Assembly (NCBI GenBank): GCA_037142195.1
Contig: JBAXBA010000001.1
Location: 178,345 to 242,344 of the forward strand
Direction: 5' to 3'
DNA length: 64,000 nt
Source: Pseudomonadota bacterium
GTDB taxonomy: Bacteria; Bdellovibrionota_B; Oligoflexia; Oligoflexales; CAIMVM01
Positions 50,392 through 60,256 of this stretch are shown here, piece by piece. Position numbers and translations under genes: made by a program. Below the pieces are notes generated by a model. The model was given only the letters and a program-made list of their open reading frames with translations, searched no databases and was not told the origin of the DNA. Each line of letters starts with the position of its first letter. Position 1 is the stretch's first letter.

Positions 50392-52317
50392 CTAGGCCTC
50401 CGCAGTCAAACCAATGTCTTTAGCTTTAGAAGCCTTGTCGAGACGTTCTTCCCACAGCTGCTTTTCTTCAGCAGTAACCACATTTTCACCAGCGATGATC
50501 TTCTTCATATCTGGGCCAAGTAAGGTTTCTTTAATGAGGAGGGCTTCCGCAAGGTTTTCTAGAGTTGCTCGATCTTCTTTTAAAAGATCAAAGGCGTTCT
50601 TGTAACCCGTGGTGACAATACGGTGAATCTCTTTATCGATTTCAGCGGCAATCTTTTCAGAGAAGTTTTTACCCTGAACGAAATCCCGGCCCATAAAGAC
50701 TTCTTGACCTTCTCTATTGTCAAGGGCTAGGGGCCCAATGGAATCGCTCATGCCCCATTGGCAAACCATTTTGCGAGCAATTTGCGTGGCCTTGTGAATA
50801 TCGTCACTGGCACCGGTGGTTTGCTTACCAAAAATAAGTTCCTCAGCGGCGCGCCCACCCATGGCATACATAATCATTTCTTCCGCATACTCTCGTGTGA
50901 TGGTAAGCCGGTCCTCTTCTGGAAGCATCACGGTAAGCCCTAGCGCTTGTCCCCGAGGAATGATCGTTACTTTATGAACGGGGTCTACATTTTTCAACTT
51001 AAGGCCTACCAGAGCATGACCGGCTTCATGATAAGAGGTGTTTCTTTTTTCAGCCTCACTCATAACCATAGATTTTCTTTCTGGGCCCATTAAAACTTTG
51101 TCCTTGGCGAGCTCAAAGTGCTCCATAGTAATAGCTTCGCAGGAAAGGCGAGCTGCAAAAAGTGCGGCTTCGTTCACAAGATTTTCTAGATCTGCACCCG
51201 AAAATCCTGGTGTCCCTTGAGCAATTTTTGCAAGTTCGACATCAGCGGCAAGGGGAGACTTTTTAGCATGAACTTTCAATATGGCCAGGCGACCTTTTAC
51301 ATCTGGTTTGGGAACGATGACGCGACGATCAAATCTTCCTGGACGTAAAAGAGCAGGATCAAGCACATCAGCCCGGTTGGAAGCTGCAATGATAATGACA
51401 CCTTCATTTGCTTCAAACCCATCCATCTCCACAAGAAGTTGGTTCAAGGTTTGCTCGCGCTCATCATGGCCGCCCCCCCAACCAGCACCACGTTGGCGAC
51501 CTACGGCGTCGATTTCGTCAATGAAAATAATACAAGGAGCATTCTTTTTAGCTTGCTCAAAAAGATCGCGCACACGACTTGCACCTACACCAACAAACAT
51601 CTCCACAAAATCGGAACCTGAAATGCTAAAGAACGGAACTCCCGCTTCCCCAGCGACACCTTTTGCAATTAAAGTTTTTCCTGTTCCTGGAGATCCAACA
51701 AGAAGCACGCCCTTAGGGATTCGACCTCCAAGCCGCGTAAATTTTTTAGGATCTTTTAGAAATTCCACCACTTCTTGCAGTTCTGATTTGGCTTCGTCGA
51801 TTCCAGCGATATCTGCAAATGTTACTTTGGGATTATGCTCGGTAACCATCTTTGCGCGACTTTTGCCAAAAGACATCGCCTTGCCACCACCTGCTTGCAG
51901 TTGGCGCATAAGAAAGAAGAAAAGCGCAATAAAAAATATGATAGGTAGCGCTTGGATTAAGAATGCCTTCCACCAGCTTTGCTCTTCCGGAGCCTCATAA
52001 GTAACTTTGACGCCTTTTTCTTCGAGTTCTTTTCGAAGGTTTAAATCAGCAAGCGGTCCCGTTGTTTTGACTTTAGCTTCATTTTTCGTTTTGCCCAGCA
52101 TCACTTGGCCACGAAAAGTTACCTCAACGATTTTATCATCTTGGTCTGCTGGAAGATTTACGGCAGACATAAACTCACTAAAGCCTTTATTTTGGTAGCC
52201 CTCTGGTTTAACAATCATAGATTGCAAAAGCACAAATAGGACGATGCCTAGGGCTATAATGAGCATCCACGTTTTAGAATTTTGGTTTTGTCGATTGGTA
52301 GGTATATTGGCCATCAT
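50392..52317 (-). CDS. ftsH: ATP-dependent zinc metalloprotease FtsH
   Basis: Two TMs, [29 protein letters not shown]. Confidence 0.99.
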   Translation of the reverse strand: MMANIPTNRQNQNSKTWMLIIALGIVLFVLLQSMIVKPEGYQNKGFSEFMSAVNLPADQDDKIVEVTFRGQVMLGKTKNEAKVKTTGPLADLNLRKELEEKGVKVTYEAPEEQSWWKAFLIQALPIIFFIALFFFLMRQLQAGGGKAMSFGKSRAKMVTEHNPKVTFADIAGIDEAKSELQEVVEFLKDPKKFTRLGGRIPKGVLLVGSPGTGKTLIAKGVAGEAGVPFFSISGSDFVEMFVGVGASRVRDLFEQAKKNAPCIIFIDEIDAVGRQRGAGWGGGHDEREQTLNQLLVEMDGFEANEGVIIIAASNRADVLDPALLRPGRFDRRVIVPKPDVKGRLAILKVHAKKSPLAADVELAKIAQGTPGFSGADLENLVNEAALFAARLSCEAITMEHFELAKDKVLMGPERKSMVMSEAEKRNTSYHEAGHALVGLKLKNVDPVHKVTIIPRGQALGLTVMLPEEDRLTITREYAEEMIMYAMGGRAAEELIFGKQTTGASDDIHKATQIARKMVCQWGMSDSIGPLALDNREGQEVFMGRDFVQGKNFSEKIAAEIDKEIHRIVTTGYKNAFDLLKEDRATLENLAEALLIKETLLGPDMKKIIAGENVVTAEEKQLWEERLDKASKAKDIGLTAEA

Positions 52318-52356
52318 CTTCTCCAAAGAAAGGTCGCACTTGGCTATCCTTACATT

Positions 52357-53325
52357 TTAAATCCGTTTCCAGATTAGTAAATCGCCAACCGGCAATTTAT
52401 TCTCACCCAGGTCTGACCACAAAATAGGCAAACAGGATTTGTCTGGCCCATAATAAATACCATCTTCTCGAAGAATTACCGAGGATTCTTTTAAAGGTTT
52501 GGCGCCCGACGCGACAAAAATGATCTTTTCTTTGAGGTTTTCAAAGTACAAGAAACCGCCTTTTGTGAGAGCAATTTCCAGAGTCGTATGGGGTAGGACG
52601 GCAAACCTTGCTTCTGGAAGGGCCATCTTTGTGGAGACATCGTTTTGGGAAATAATCTTAAATAGCGACTCTACCACCCCAGGTGAAGCTTTCTCCAAAG
52701 CCGGAAAAATCTCGTTTCTAATGATGTTTCGCGCATAGATATTTTTAGAATTAGAGGAATCTTCTCGCCAAGAAATTTTGTTTTGTGTGGCAAAAGCTTC
52801 AATTTCAGATCTTTTTAAGCCTAACAGGGGTCTTATCAAAGATTGATCTCTCTCGCTCATTCCCAGAAGAGAGCCCTCAGGGTAGCCCCGAAGGGAACGA
52901 AAAAATGAGTTTTCTCTAAGATCGTCACGATTATGGCCCAATGCCAGAAAAGCTCCATCCTCTAAAAGATCTCGAAACCATTGATGTCTTAGGTTTCTAG
53001 CCCATTCTTGGATCCCTCTTATCGGTCGATCAGTGTGGGACGCTTTTTTTACAAAAAGAGGGATATTTAAATCACGACAGAGACCCCTTAGAAAGCGCTC
53101 ATCACCCTCAGATTCCTCACCGCGAAGTCCAAAGTTGACATGCGCACAAAATATTTCTAGCCCCGGGTGATTTTTGGCAAAACTCCAAATATTCCAAAGA
53201 AGTACAGTGGAATCAAGGCCTCCCGAAACAGCCACTCCAAGCCGCTGATTTTTCAGCACTTTTTTTACCGTAGTATCTGACCAGGTTAAGCATAGAGCGC
53301 TAATATGATTCATAAAATTGACCAC
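52357..53325 (-). CDS. tilS: tRNA(Ile)-lysidine synthase (short form)
   Basis: AVSGGLDS PP-loop, HVNFGLRG, GHNRDD, IRPLL, EDSSN...RNIIR; upstream of ftsH. Confidence 0.93.
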   Translation of the reverse strand: MVNFMNHISALCLTWSDTTVKKVLKNQRLGVAVSGGLDSTVLLWNIWSFAKNHPGLEIFCAHVNFGLRGEESEGDERFLRGLCRDLNIPLFVKKASHTDRPIRGIQEWARNLRHQWFRDLLEDGAFLALGHNRDDLRENSFFRSLRGYPEGSLLGMSERDQSLIRPLLGLKRSEIEAFATQNKISWREDSSNSKNIYARNIIRNEIFPALEKASPGVVESLFKIISQNDVSTKMALPEARFAVLPHTTLEIALTKGGFLYFENLKEKIIFVASGAKPLKESSVILREDGIYYGPDKSCLPILWSDLGENKLPVGDLLIWKRI

Positions 53326-53381
53326 AACTAGAAGGCGACACAGGCACTAAGTGCTGATTTTGTCATTTATCAAAAAAAAAC

Positions 53382-53408
53382 TAAAGCTAAAAACAAAATC
53401 CACGATGA
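53382..53408 (+). promoter_or_regulatory. Sigma28-like promoter for the flagellin pair
   Basis: TAAA-gctaaaaacaaaatc(15)-CACGATGA upstream of the first flagellin. Confidence 0.55.
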
Positions 53409-53480
53409 ACTGCTTGTAAGTCAGGTGACTTGCCGCCCTTTCAAGGAAAGCGGTGTTTATCCAATGGATGGAGGTTTTTT

Positions 53481-54359
53481 ATGGGATTACGAATTAGAAC
53501 CAACGTGTCATCGCTAGTCGCTCAACGAAACGTGAGCCAAAACAATCGAGAGCTTCAAGACTCCATGGAAAAGCTATCTTCCGGCTATCGCATCAACAAT
53601 TCTAAAGATGATGCCGCCGGTTTAGCTATTTCTGAGAATCTTCGAGCAAGAATCCGTGGTCTTGGTCAAGCCAGAAGAAACGCCAATGACGCGGTTTCCA
53701 TGGTGCAGATTGCAGAAGGCGGAATGCAAGAAATGTCAAATATGCTGGTTCGGATGCGGGAACTAACCGTTCAAGCTGCATCTGACACGGTGGGAGACAA
53801 AGAAAGAGGGTTTCTAAACAAGGAATACTCGCAATTAGCCCAAGAGCTTCAAAGAACCGCAAACGTTACAGAATTTAACGGTAACAAGTTCTTCACCCAA
53901 ACAGAAGGAAAAGATCTAACAGAGTATGTCATCCAAGTCGGTGTCAATGGAACCGATCCGACTCAAAACCGTGACACTCTTTCCATGAACCTGGAAAGTC
54001 TGAGATTCAATTTTGAAGACATGGGTATTGGAACCGGAGATGAAATTGGTGCTGAAGATGGACACGATGTAGGTCTTGAAAACATCAGATCAAAACTTGG
54101 AAATGTAGATACGGTCATTGATAAGTTGGCAAAAGAAAGAGCAAATATTGGTGCTCTACAAAGTCGTCTTGAATCGAGTGTTACTTCTATCTCCACAGCT
54201 ATTGAAGCGGAATCTAGCGCGAACAGTCGAATTCGTGACGTGGATTATGCGGCTGAGTCTGCGCGTACTGCACAGTCTCGAATCATGAACCAGTCTTCGA
54301 TCGCGGTACTGTCGCAAGCGAACCAAATCCCTGAACAAGCTTTGGCTCTATTGCGCTAG
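53481..54359 (+). CDS. fliC: Flagellin (292 aa)
   Basis: RIRTNV, LSSGYRIN..DDAAGLAISE, NANDAVSMVQIAEG, SRIRDVDYA, QANQIPE; GGAGG RBS. Confidence 0.97.
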   Translation: MGLRIRTNVSSLVAQRNVSQNNRELQDSMEKLSSGYRINNSKDDAAGLAISENLRARIRGLGQARRNANDAVSMVQIAEGGMQEMSNMLVRMRELTVQAASDTVGDKERGFLNKEYSQLAQELQRTANVTEFNGNKFFTQTEGKDLTEYVIQVGVNGTDPTQNRDTLSMNLESLRFNFEDMGIGTGDEIGAEDGHDVGLENIRSKLGNVDTVIDKLAKERANIGALQSRLESSVTSISTAIEAESSANSRIRDVDYAAESARTAQSRIMNQSSIAVLSQANQIPEQALALLR

Positions 54360-54390
54360 TTTTTCCTAATTTAATACAAGGAGGTTTTTT

Positions 54391-55314
54391 ATGGGAATTA
54401 GAATTCGTACTAATATCCAGGCATTAAAGACTCAAAGAGCTCTTGCGCAGTCACAGACAGCTCAAGAAAATTCGATGGAAAGGTTGGCGTCGGGCCAGAG
54501 AATCAATCGATCTTCCGATGATGCAGCAGGACTTGCCGTATCTGAAAGACTTCGAGCGAAACTTAAATCCTTAGATGTAGCTAAGAGAAATGCAAACGAC
54601 GGCATTTCCTATATCCAAGTTGCAGAAGGTGGTCTTAACGAAGTATCAAACATCGTGGTGAGAATGCGAGAGCTTTCGAGTCAAGCGGCCTCAGACACTA
54701 TTGGAAACTTAGAAAGATCTTTTCTTGATAAAGAGTTTCAACAGTTAAGGCAGGAAGTGGGCCGAATCGTGGACACAACTGAATTTAACGGCTCTAAGCT
54801 ACTAAATCCGGAAGAACTCAAGCCCATTTCCATCTTTGTAGGTGCCTCCAATCGAGGCGCAGGGCCAGATGGATCTCGACCCGACATCGCAGAAGGCAAA
54901 GATCCAGATGTCCTCACGATTAACCTTGAAGACTTAAGCAACATGCGCGAAAAGCTCGACAAGATTGTATCTGATGACATTTCGATTGTACCAGATGACC
55001 CTGCAGGTGGTGCCAATGAATTAGGACCAACAGGTACTAACGAATTGTTTGGAAGACTGGATGACACACTAAATTCTATTGCTGGATTTCGTTCGACATT
55101 AGGATCTGTGCAGTCGCGCCTCAACTCGACAATAACCAACATCGAAATTTCCAATGAGAACCTTTCTGCCGCTAAAAGTCGGATTTCCGATGTAGACTAT
55201 GCGTCAGAAACCGCCTCTTATGCTCAAGCGAGAATCTTGACTCAAGCCGGCATGTCTGTTCAGGCGCAAGCTAACGCAGCTCCTGAAGCAGCCCTACAAC
55301 TTCTCAGAACCTAA
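54391..55314 (+). CDS. fliC: Flagellin (307 aa), second paralogue
   Basis: LASGQRINRSSDDAAGLAVSE, NANDGISYIQVAEG, SRISDVDYASE; AGGAGG RBS. Confidence 0.97.
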   Translation: MGIRIRTNIQALKTQRALAQSQTAQENSMERLASGQRINRSSDDAAGLAVSERLRAKLKSLDVAKRNANDGISYIQVAEGGLNEVSNIVVRMRELSSQAASDTIGNLERSFLDKEFQQLRQEVGRIVDTTEFNGSKLLNPEELKPISIFVGASNRGAGPDGSRPDIAEGKDPDVLTINLEDLSNMREKLDKIVSDDISIVPDDPAGGANELGPTGTNELFGRLDDTLNSIAGFRSTLGSVQSRLNSTITNIEISNENLSAAKSRISDVDYASETASYAQARILTQAGMSVQAQANAAPEAALQLLRT

Positions 55315-55353
55315 GTAAGACGACAGCGCTTATTTTCTTACAGAGACCTAGGA

Positions 55354-56388
55354 TTACCTAGGTCTCTGTAGGCATTTCTTAATATCAGGCATCATGGCTT
55401 CAATATCACTTTCCTTCCATTCGAATCCGGAAAGTATTTTTTGAAATTGACCAAAGTCAATACGAGCGGGCTTTCCCTTGACCCAGTGGAGACAAGAGTT
55501 TGCTAGAGAAACTAATTCCGGAAGGTAAAGCTTTGATTTTAGTTTAGCGCCTGGTTTGGGATCGCTGTGATGAAATCTCGATGCTACCATGATATAGTCT
55601 GGCAGCCCCCAAATTGCCGATGCAATCTCACCTAAAAGTACATGACTTACTTCTGGGAAAGAAAGTTCAGCATCGGACCAAGTACATTGCTTCTTAGGAT
55701 CTGAGACCACCATCTCTATACGGTCGATGAGTTCAGGCCTAAGAAGGGCTCCAACAATTTTACCGATGTTACAAAGTGCAGCGGCCAAGTAGATTTCATC
55801 GGGCTTCATATCTGGGGAACCGATTTTTCTAGCTAAAAACTCAGCGATTCTGCCACGATCAAAGGAATCAGCCCAAAACGCATCACTGTTAAATACCTTT
55901 GTTTGGATTTTGAAGCCCTTAATCACAAGAGTCAAGAGGTATTGGCCTACATCTTTTCGCCCGATATAACTTAAAGCGTGGTCTAGGGAACGAATTTCAA
56001 CCTTATCTTCAGCCCTCGCGTTTTTCAAGCGATTGGCCATTCCTAGAATTTCACTGGCAAGCACGGGATCTGACTTTAATATTCTAGAAATCTCGGAGCT
56101 TTCTATTTTAGGATCGCTGATCTTAGTTTGAAGCTCCATGATGGCAGACGGGATTCGAGGTATCGATTCGATACCGGCAAGGGAGTTAAAGAGACTTTTT
56201 GCAGGCTCTGAAATGCCGTTATCTGGTCTGTACCAGGGGAACTTTCCTTTTGGAATCAATAAGGTGGAGCCACAGCTGCAATTGAACCAAAGATTTTTGG
56301 CGGCGCATAGGCGCCATTGGGAAGTTTTCACGAGAAAGTCTTCTTCTTTCTCGAATACTCGCTCACAAGAATTACAAGTCTTTGTCAT
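55354..56388 (-). CDS. HDOD-domain protein with N-terminal Cys-rich module
   Basis: IPRIPS, DPVLASEILGMAN, AALCNIGK, HVLLGEIASAIWGLP, RFHH; N-terminal CNSC...C...CSC. Confidence 0.88.
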   Translation of the reverse strand: MTKTCNSCERVFEKEEDFLVKTSQWRLCAAKNLWFNCSCGSTLLIPKGKFPWYRPDNGISEPAKSLFNSLAGIESIPRIPSAIMELQTKISDPKIESSEISRILKSDPVLASEILGMANRLKNARAEDKVEIRSLDHALSYIGRKDVGQYLLTLVIKGFKIQTKVFNSDAFWADSFDRGRIAEFLARKIGSPDMKPDEIYLAAALCNIGKIVGALLRPELIDRIEMVVSDPKKQCTWSDAELSFPEVSHVLLGEIASAIWGLPDYIMVASRFHHSDPKPGAKLKSKLYLPELVSLANSCLHWVKGKPARIDFGQFQKILSGFEWKESDIEAMMPDIKKCLQRPR

Positions 56389-56504
56389 GGATTTCCATTA
56401 AGGCAATTTACTCATTAAAGTATAACAGGAAATTGAAAATTTCTCCTATATTGTCAAAATAGGGCATGTTATGATTCCATCCTTGCGCCCAAAAGGAGAG
56501 CACT

Positions 56505-57170
56505 ATGCTTAGAAATAAAGGTATCCCTTCAGCCCGGTTCTTCCTTCTGGCGGGTATTATCTCTCTATCTAGCAGTGGCGCAAGTTTTGCCGAGCGACTC
56601 TTAGGTCGTGCGGAAATCGAAAAACTTCAACAGAGCTTTAAAATTCAATCTGAGATGAGTATTGATTTTACTCAAACCCAAGTGAAAAAGCTGAGAGGCA
56701 AAACAAGCACAAGTTTAGGGCGCGCCTATTTTAAGCAGCCTGATTCCTTTCGATGGCAGTTGATCAGTCCTAAGCAAGATGAGTGGCTTTATGATGGCAA
56801 AAGTCTATACAATTTTATTCCCGATCGTCTACAAGCGACACGCTACGATGCCAATGGCTCCAAAGGCCGCGAACTACGCCAAATCGTCGATTTAGTTACA
56901 AATATATCCAGCTTAACCAAGTCTTATGATTTCACTGAAGTCAAAGAAATCGACTCCCTCTTGGAATTAACGCTGACTCCCAAAACTAAGGGCGAATTAG
57001 CGGGAGTGACGCTTTCGATTTTAAAAGACTCACTTGAACCTAAGTCCCTGATTTTACGCTTTCAAAACGATAATCCAACCAAACTTGAGTTCTCTCATTT
57101 GTCAAAAGGCGGGCTTTCTGACTCCACATTTTCTTTGCCTAAAGGGGTATCGGTTGAGACTGTAAAATAG
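56505..57170 (+). CDS. lolA: Outer-membrane lipoprotein carrier LolA
   Basis: Signal peptide, DFTQTQ, GRAYFKQPDSFRW, YDGKSLY, FSLPKGVSV. Confidence 0.85.
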   Translation: MLRNKGIPSARFFLLAGIISLSSSGASFAERLLGRAEIEKLQQSFKIQSEMSIDFTQTQVKKLRGKTSTSLGRAYFKQPDSFRWQLISPKQDEWLYDGKSLYNFIPDRLQATRYDANGSKGRELRQIVDLVTNISSLTKSYDFTEVKEIDSLLELTLTPKTKGELAGVTLSILKDSLEPKSLILRFQNDNPTKLEFSHLSKGGLSDSTFSLPKGVSVETVK

Positions 57171-57375
57171 CGCTTCAAATACAAACTGACTTAAAGCTTA
57201 ACACCTGCCGCGCCAACCGTCTAAAACCATTAGATAAAATAAACTAGTTTTTAATGTTAATAAATTGGCTACTAGGTGCCGAAATAAAATACATGAGTCT
57301 AAGGTACGAGAGGGAAACCTTCTTCGGATGTCTTTAGATTCCTAGTTTTCTATTTCATAATTGAGGAGCCGAGTC

Positions 57376-58938
57376 ATGGCACAGTCTGTAAAATGGGAAG
57401 AATTTGATAAGCTACTAGTTATTAAACGCCTTAGAGAATTAGTTGGTAAGTGGTGGAAAGTGCAAATGCACTTTACGGATGAGAAGGGCCTGCTGAGAGG
57501 CGTGCCATCGGGAAAATTCTTTAATCCCCTGAACCCCATCTCTAAAGCCATTGCGGCAGACGAAAAAGGTTTTGATGCCTGCATGAGTACCGTCAAACGG
57601 CTTTCTGTTGATGCTGCGGTATCTATTGAGCCTAAAGTGGGACGTTCTGATTATGGTATGTCGACACTCTTGGTCCCCATAAAAATTAAAAATCAATACC
57701 TTGGCTGTGTTTTCGCAGATGGGTTTCTTATTGATGAAACAAAATCAGAGCAGAGTGTTCAGATTAAGAATTTTCTTCAAAGGCTTCTTGGTAAAGATGG
57801 CGATGAATTAGCCGCAAAGATAGGTGATATACCCGTCTTAACTTCAAAAGAAGTAAACTATTTGCAAGAGCTGATTCGTATGGTGGTAGAAGAAATTATT
57901 CTTACCCAAGCGAGCCTTTCAGACGAACAAAAACTTGTAGAAAAGCTTCGCGGTGATCTTGGTACAAGATTTGGCTTTGATAACATGATCGGCAAATCTA
58001 GTGAAATGCAGAAGCTTTATCGACTCCTTGAAAGAGTAGCGGACTCTGAAGCTACGATTCTCATTCGTGGAGAAAATGGTACGGGTAAAGAGCTTATAGC
58101 TAAAGCCTGTCACTATAATTCCAAAAGAAAAAAAGCCTCCTTTCAAGTGATGAATTGTGGCGCCGTACATGAAAATCTTTTGGAATCTGAGCTGTTTGGG
58201 CACGTTAAAGGCTCGTTTACAGGGGCGATTAAAGATAAAAAAGGGCTTTTTGAAGCGGCTGACGGAGGAACACTTTTTTTAGACGAAATCGGTGACACAT
58301 CACCCTCTATGCAAGTAAAGCTGCTGCGAGTCCTTCAAGATGGAACGTTTACTCCTGTGGGGTCAACAGAAATTAGGAAAGCCAACGTAAGAGTTGTGGC
58401 GGCAACCAATAGAAATTTGGAAGAGATGGTTAAAGATGGAAGGTTTCGAGAAGATTTATATTATCGACTTAACGTCATTCGCCTAGATGTTCCCGCTTTA
58501 AGGCAGAGAAAGGAAGATATCACACTTCTGATGGACTTTTTCCTTAAGCGTCACGCTGAAGAATCCAAAACTCCCATGAAGCATATTTCAAAAGAATGCC
58601 TTCAAGCGCTTCTCAACCATGATTGGCCAGGAAACGTACGCGAACTCGAAAATGAAGCAGAACGTCTGTGTGTACTTGCTGGCACGGATCGGGAGCTAGA
58701 AGCTAGTTTTTTAAGCCAAAGAATTTCCCAAAGTTCTTCTCTGAAATCCGCCACTGTTGCGGCACATGATGGCAGCGATCTCAAGGGCTCCCTCGAAGAC
58801 TTAGAGCGCGATCTCATATTAGATGGCCTTAAAAAACACCGCTGGAACAAATCTCAATTGGCACGGGAGCTGGGAATTTCAAGAGCAGGATTGATTAACA
58901 AAGTTAAAAAATACGGTCTCGATAAACGTTTTATTTAG
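57376..58938 (+). CDS. Sigma54 enhancer-binding protein with PocR-like sensor, AAA+ and Fis-type HTH
   Basis: [69 protein letters not shown] before ATG 57376. Confidence 0.92.
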   Translation: MAQSVKWEEFDKLLVIKRLRELVGKWWKVQMHFTDEKGLLRGVPSGKFFNPLNPISKAIAADEKGFDACMSTVKRLSVDAAVSIEPKVGRSDYGMSTLLVPIKIKNQYLGCVFADGFLIDETKSEQSVQIKNFLQRLLGKDGDELAAKIGDIPVLTSKEVNYLQELIRMVVEEIILTQASLSDEQKLVEKLRGDLGTRFGFDNMIGKSSEMQKLYRLLERVADSEATILIRGENGTGKELIAKACHYNSKRKKASFQVMNCGAVHENLLESELFGHVKGSFTGAIKDKKGLFEAADGGTLFLDEIGDTSPSMQVKLLRVLQDGTFTPVGSTEIRKANVRVVAATNRNLEEMVKDGRFREDLYYRLNVIRLDVPALRQRKEDITLLMDFFLKRHAEESKTPMKHISKECLQALLNHDWPGNVRELENEAERLCVLAGTDRELEASFLSQRISQSSSLKSATVAAHDGSDLKGSLEDLERDLILDGLKKHRWNKSQLARELGISRAGLINKVKKYGLDKRFI

Positions 58939-58982
58939 ATTCGACTGCTACTTCAGCTATCAGGTTACAAATAATATGATAA

Positions 58983-59264
58983 TTAGTGAACGGCTTTCTT
59001 AAGTCGTTCCATTTCTTGATCTGTAACAAAGTCGCTTTCAACTTCTGATGACATCATGCTGTTAACTTCTACAGAAGCTTCAAAGTCTTCACTCATGATG
59101 ATGCCTTTGTCATCTAGAATGTCTTTTAGGCCCTTAATAGTAGTATTAAATTTTGTATGAGAAGATTTGATGTCGGTAAGCTCACTCTTGAGTCGAAAAA
59201 TCTCAGCGCCCAATTCCAGAATAGTTCTTTCTAACTGATCAAGCTTATCTTTTCTTTCTAACAT
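58983..59264 (-). CDS. Small coiled-coil hypothetical protein (93 aa)
   Basis: GGAG RBS; heptad pattern LDQLERTILELGAEIFRLKSEL. Confidence 0.8.
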   Translation of the reverse strand: MLERKDKLDQLERTILELGAEIFRLKSELTDIKSSHTKFNTTIKGLKDILDDKGIIMSEDFEASVEVNSMMSSEVESDFVTDQEMERLKKAVH

Positions 59265-59312
59265 TTACATCTCCGCTACATGATTCCAGGTGACTCACAA
59301 CCGACCCTAAAC

Positions 59313-59339
59313 CTATCGGAGAGGGTTAAGATCGATTAA
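59313..59339 (-). promoter_or_regulatory. Sigma28-like promoter for the 93-aa gene
   Basis: Minus strand TTAA-tcgatcttaaccctc(15)-TCCGATAG. Confidence 0.6.
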
Positions 59340-59413
59340 GTCGGAAGAGTGACGAATTATTGCCGAGGGAGGGAGGCGCTTAGAAGTCAAGACACAGAAA
59401 ATATTTAATTAAA

Positions 59414-60256
59414 TTAGCTATATAAGTCATGTCTTTGGTTGGCTAATACGGGCAGTTTTGTTCTAAAGGTACGGGTCTTTTCAAAGTCTATCTCATAGAA
59501 TGCGGTACCGGGCGCGTCGCCAGTCTCACTACAGATGTTTCCCCAAGGATCCACAATCATAGCATGACCATAAGATTCTTTATTTCCATAATGGCATCCC
59601 ACTTGATTGGGTGCTACCACCCAAGCCTGCAAATCAATGGCTCGACTTCGGCACAACAGCTCCCAGTGGCGCTCGCCCGTGGCTTTCGTAAAAGCAGAGG
59701 GCGCCATCAAAACATCACAGGAACCTAGCTTTTGCAAAGTGGAAAACATTTCAGGGAATCTCAAATCATAGCAAATCGCTAAATGAACTCTAAGGCCATC
59801 GATTAGGACGCTCACGAATTGATTTCCAGATAGATATCCATCGGGCTCGGAATGAATTTTTTCACCTAATTCATTAGCCAGGCTAAAAAGGTGAATCTTT
59901 CGGTATCGGGCTAAGAGCTCGCCTTGTCTTCCAAAAACATGGGCGGTATTAAAAACTTTTCTCGTGCCTTCATTAGGTGCTTCCGAAGGCCTGGGTCTTT
60001 CTCCCCAGGTTCCGGCAAACAAAACGATGTTCAGTTCTTTAGAAAGCTGGCTAAATGTTTGAAATAGATCTCCCTCAAAGGAATCCGCCTTCTCCCAAAG
60101 CGTGTCATAGGGCCCTAGGTAGGAGATCATTTCTGGAAGAGCGACCCATGTCGCCCCTTCAGTAGCACTTGCCCTCACGGCAGAGATCGCATTTTCAATA
60201 TTGCTCTTTTGATCTGAAGTAGCCGTTAAGCTAATACAGGCGACTTTAATTTTCAT
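59414..60256 (-). CDS. Carbon-nitrogen hydrolase, Nit1-like (deaminated glutathione amidase family)
   Basis: LPE, YRKIHLF, ICYDLRFPE triad, PSAFT..TG..HW, GHAMIVDPWG; ATG 60256 overlaps the pyrB stop. Confidence 0.88.
   Translation of the reverse strand: MKIKVACISLTATSDQKSNIENAISAVRASATEGATWVALPEMISYLGPYDTLWEKADSFEGDLFQTFSQLSKELNIVLFAGTWGERPRPSEAPNEGTRKVFNTAHVFGRQGELLARYRKIHLFSLANELGEKIHSEPDGYLSGNQFVSVLIDGLRVHLAICYDLRFPEMFSTLQKLGSCDVLMAPSAFTKATGERHWELLCRSRAIDLQAWVVAPNQVGCHYGNKESYGHAMIVDPWGNICSETGDAPGTAFYEIDFEKTRTFRTKLPVLANQRHDLYS

Noticed and set aside
49627..52000. Long plus-strand ORFs (209 aa and 239 aa) opposite folP and ftsH
   Set aside because: Antisense shadows of conserved genes; the same applies to the other short antisense ORFs in the track.
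57257..57285. Sigma28-like promoter before the EBP gene (TAAA...GCCGAAAT)
   Set aside because: Spacing is 13 nt rather than 15.
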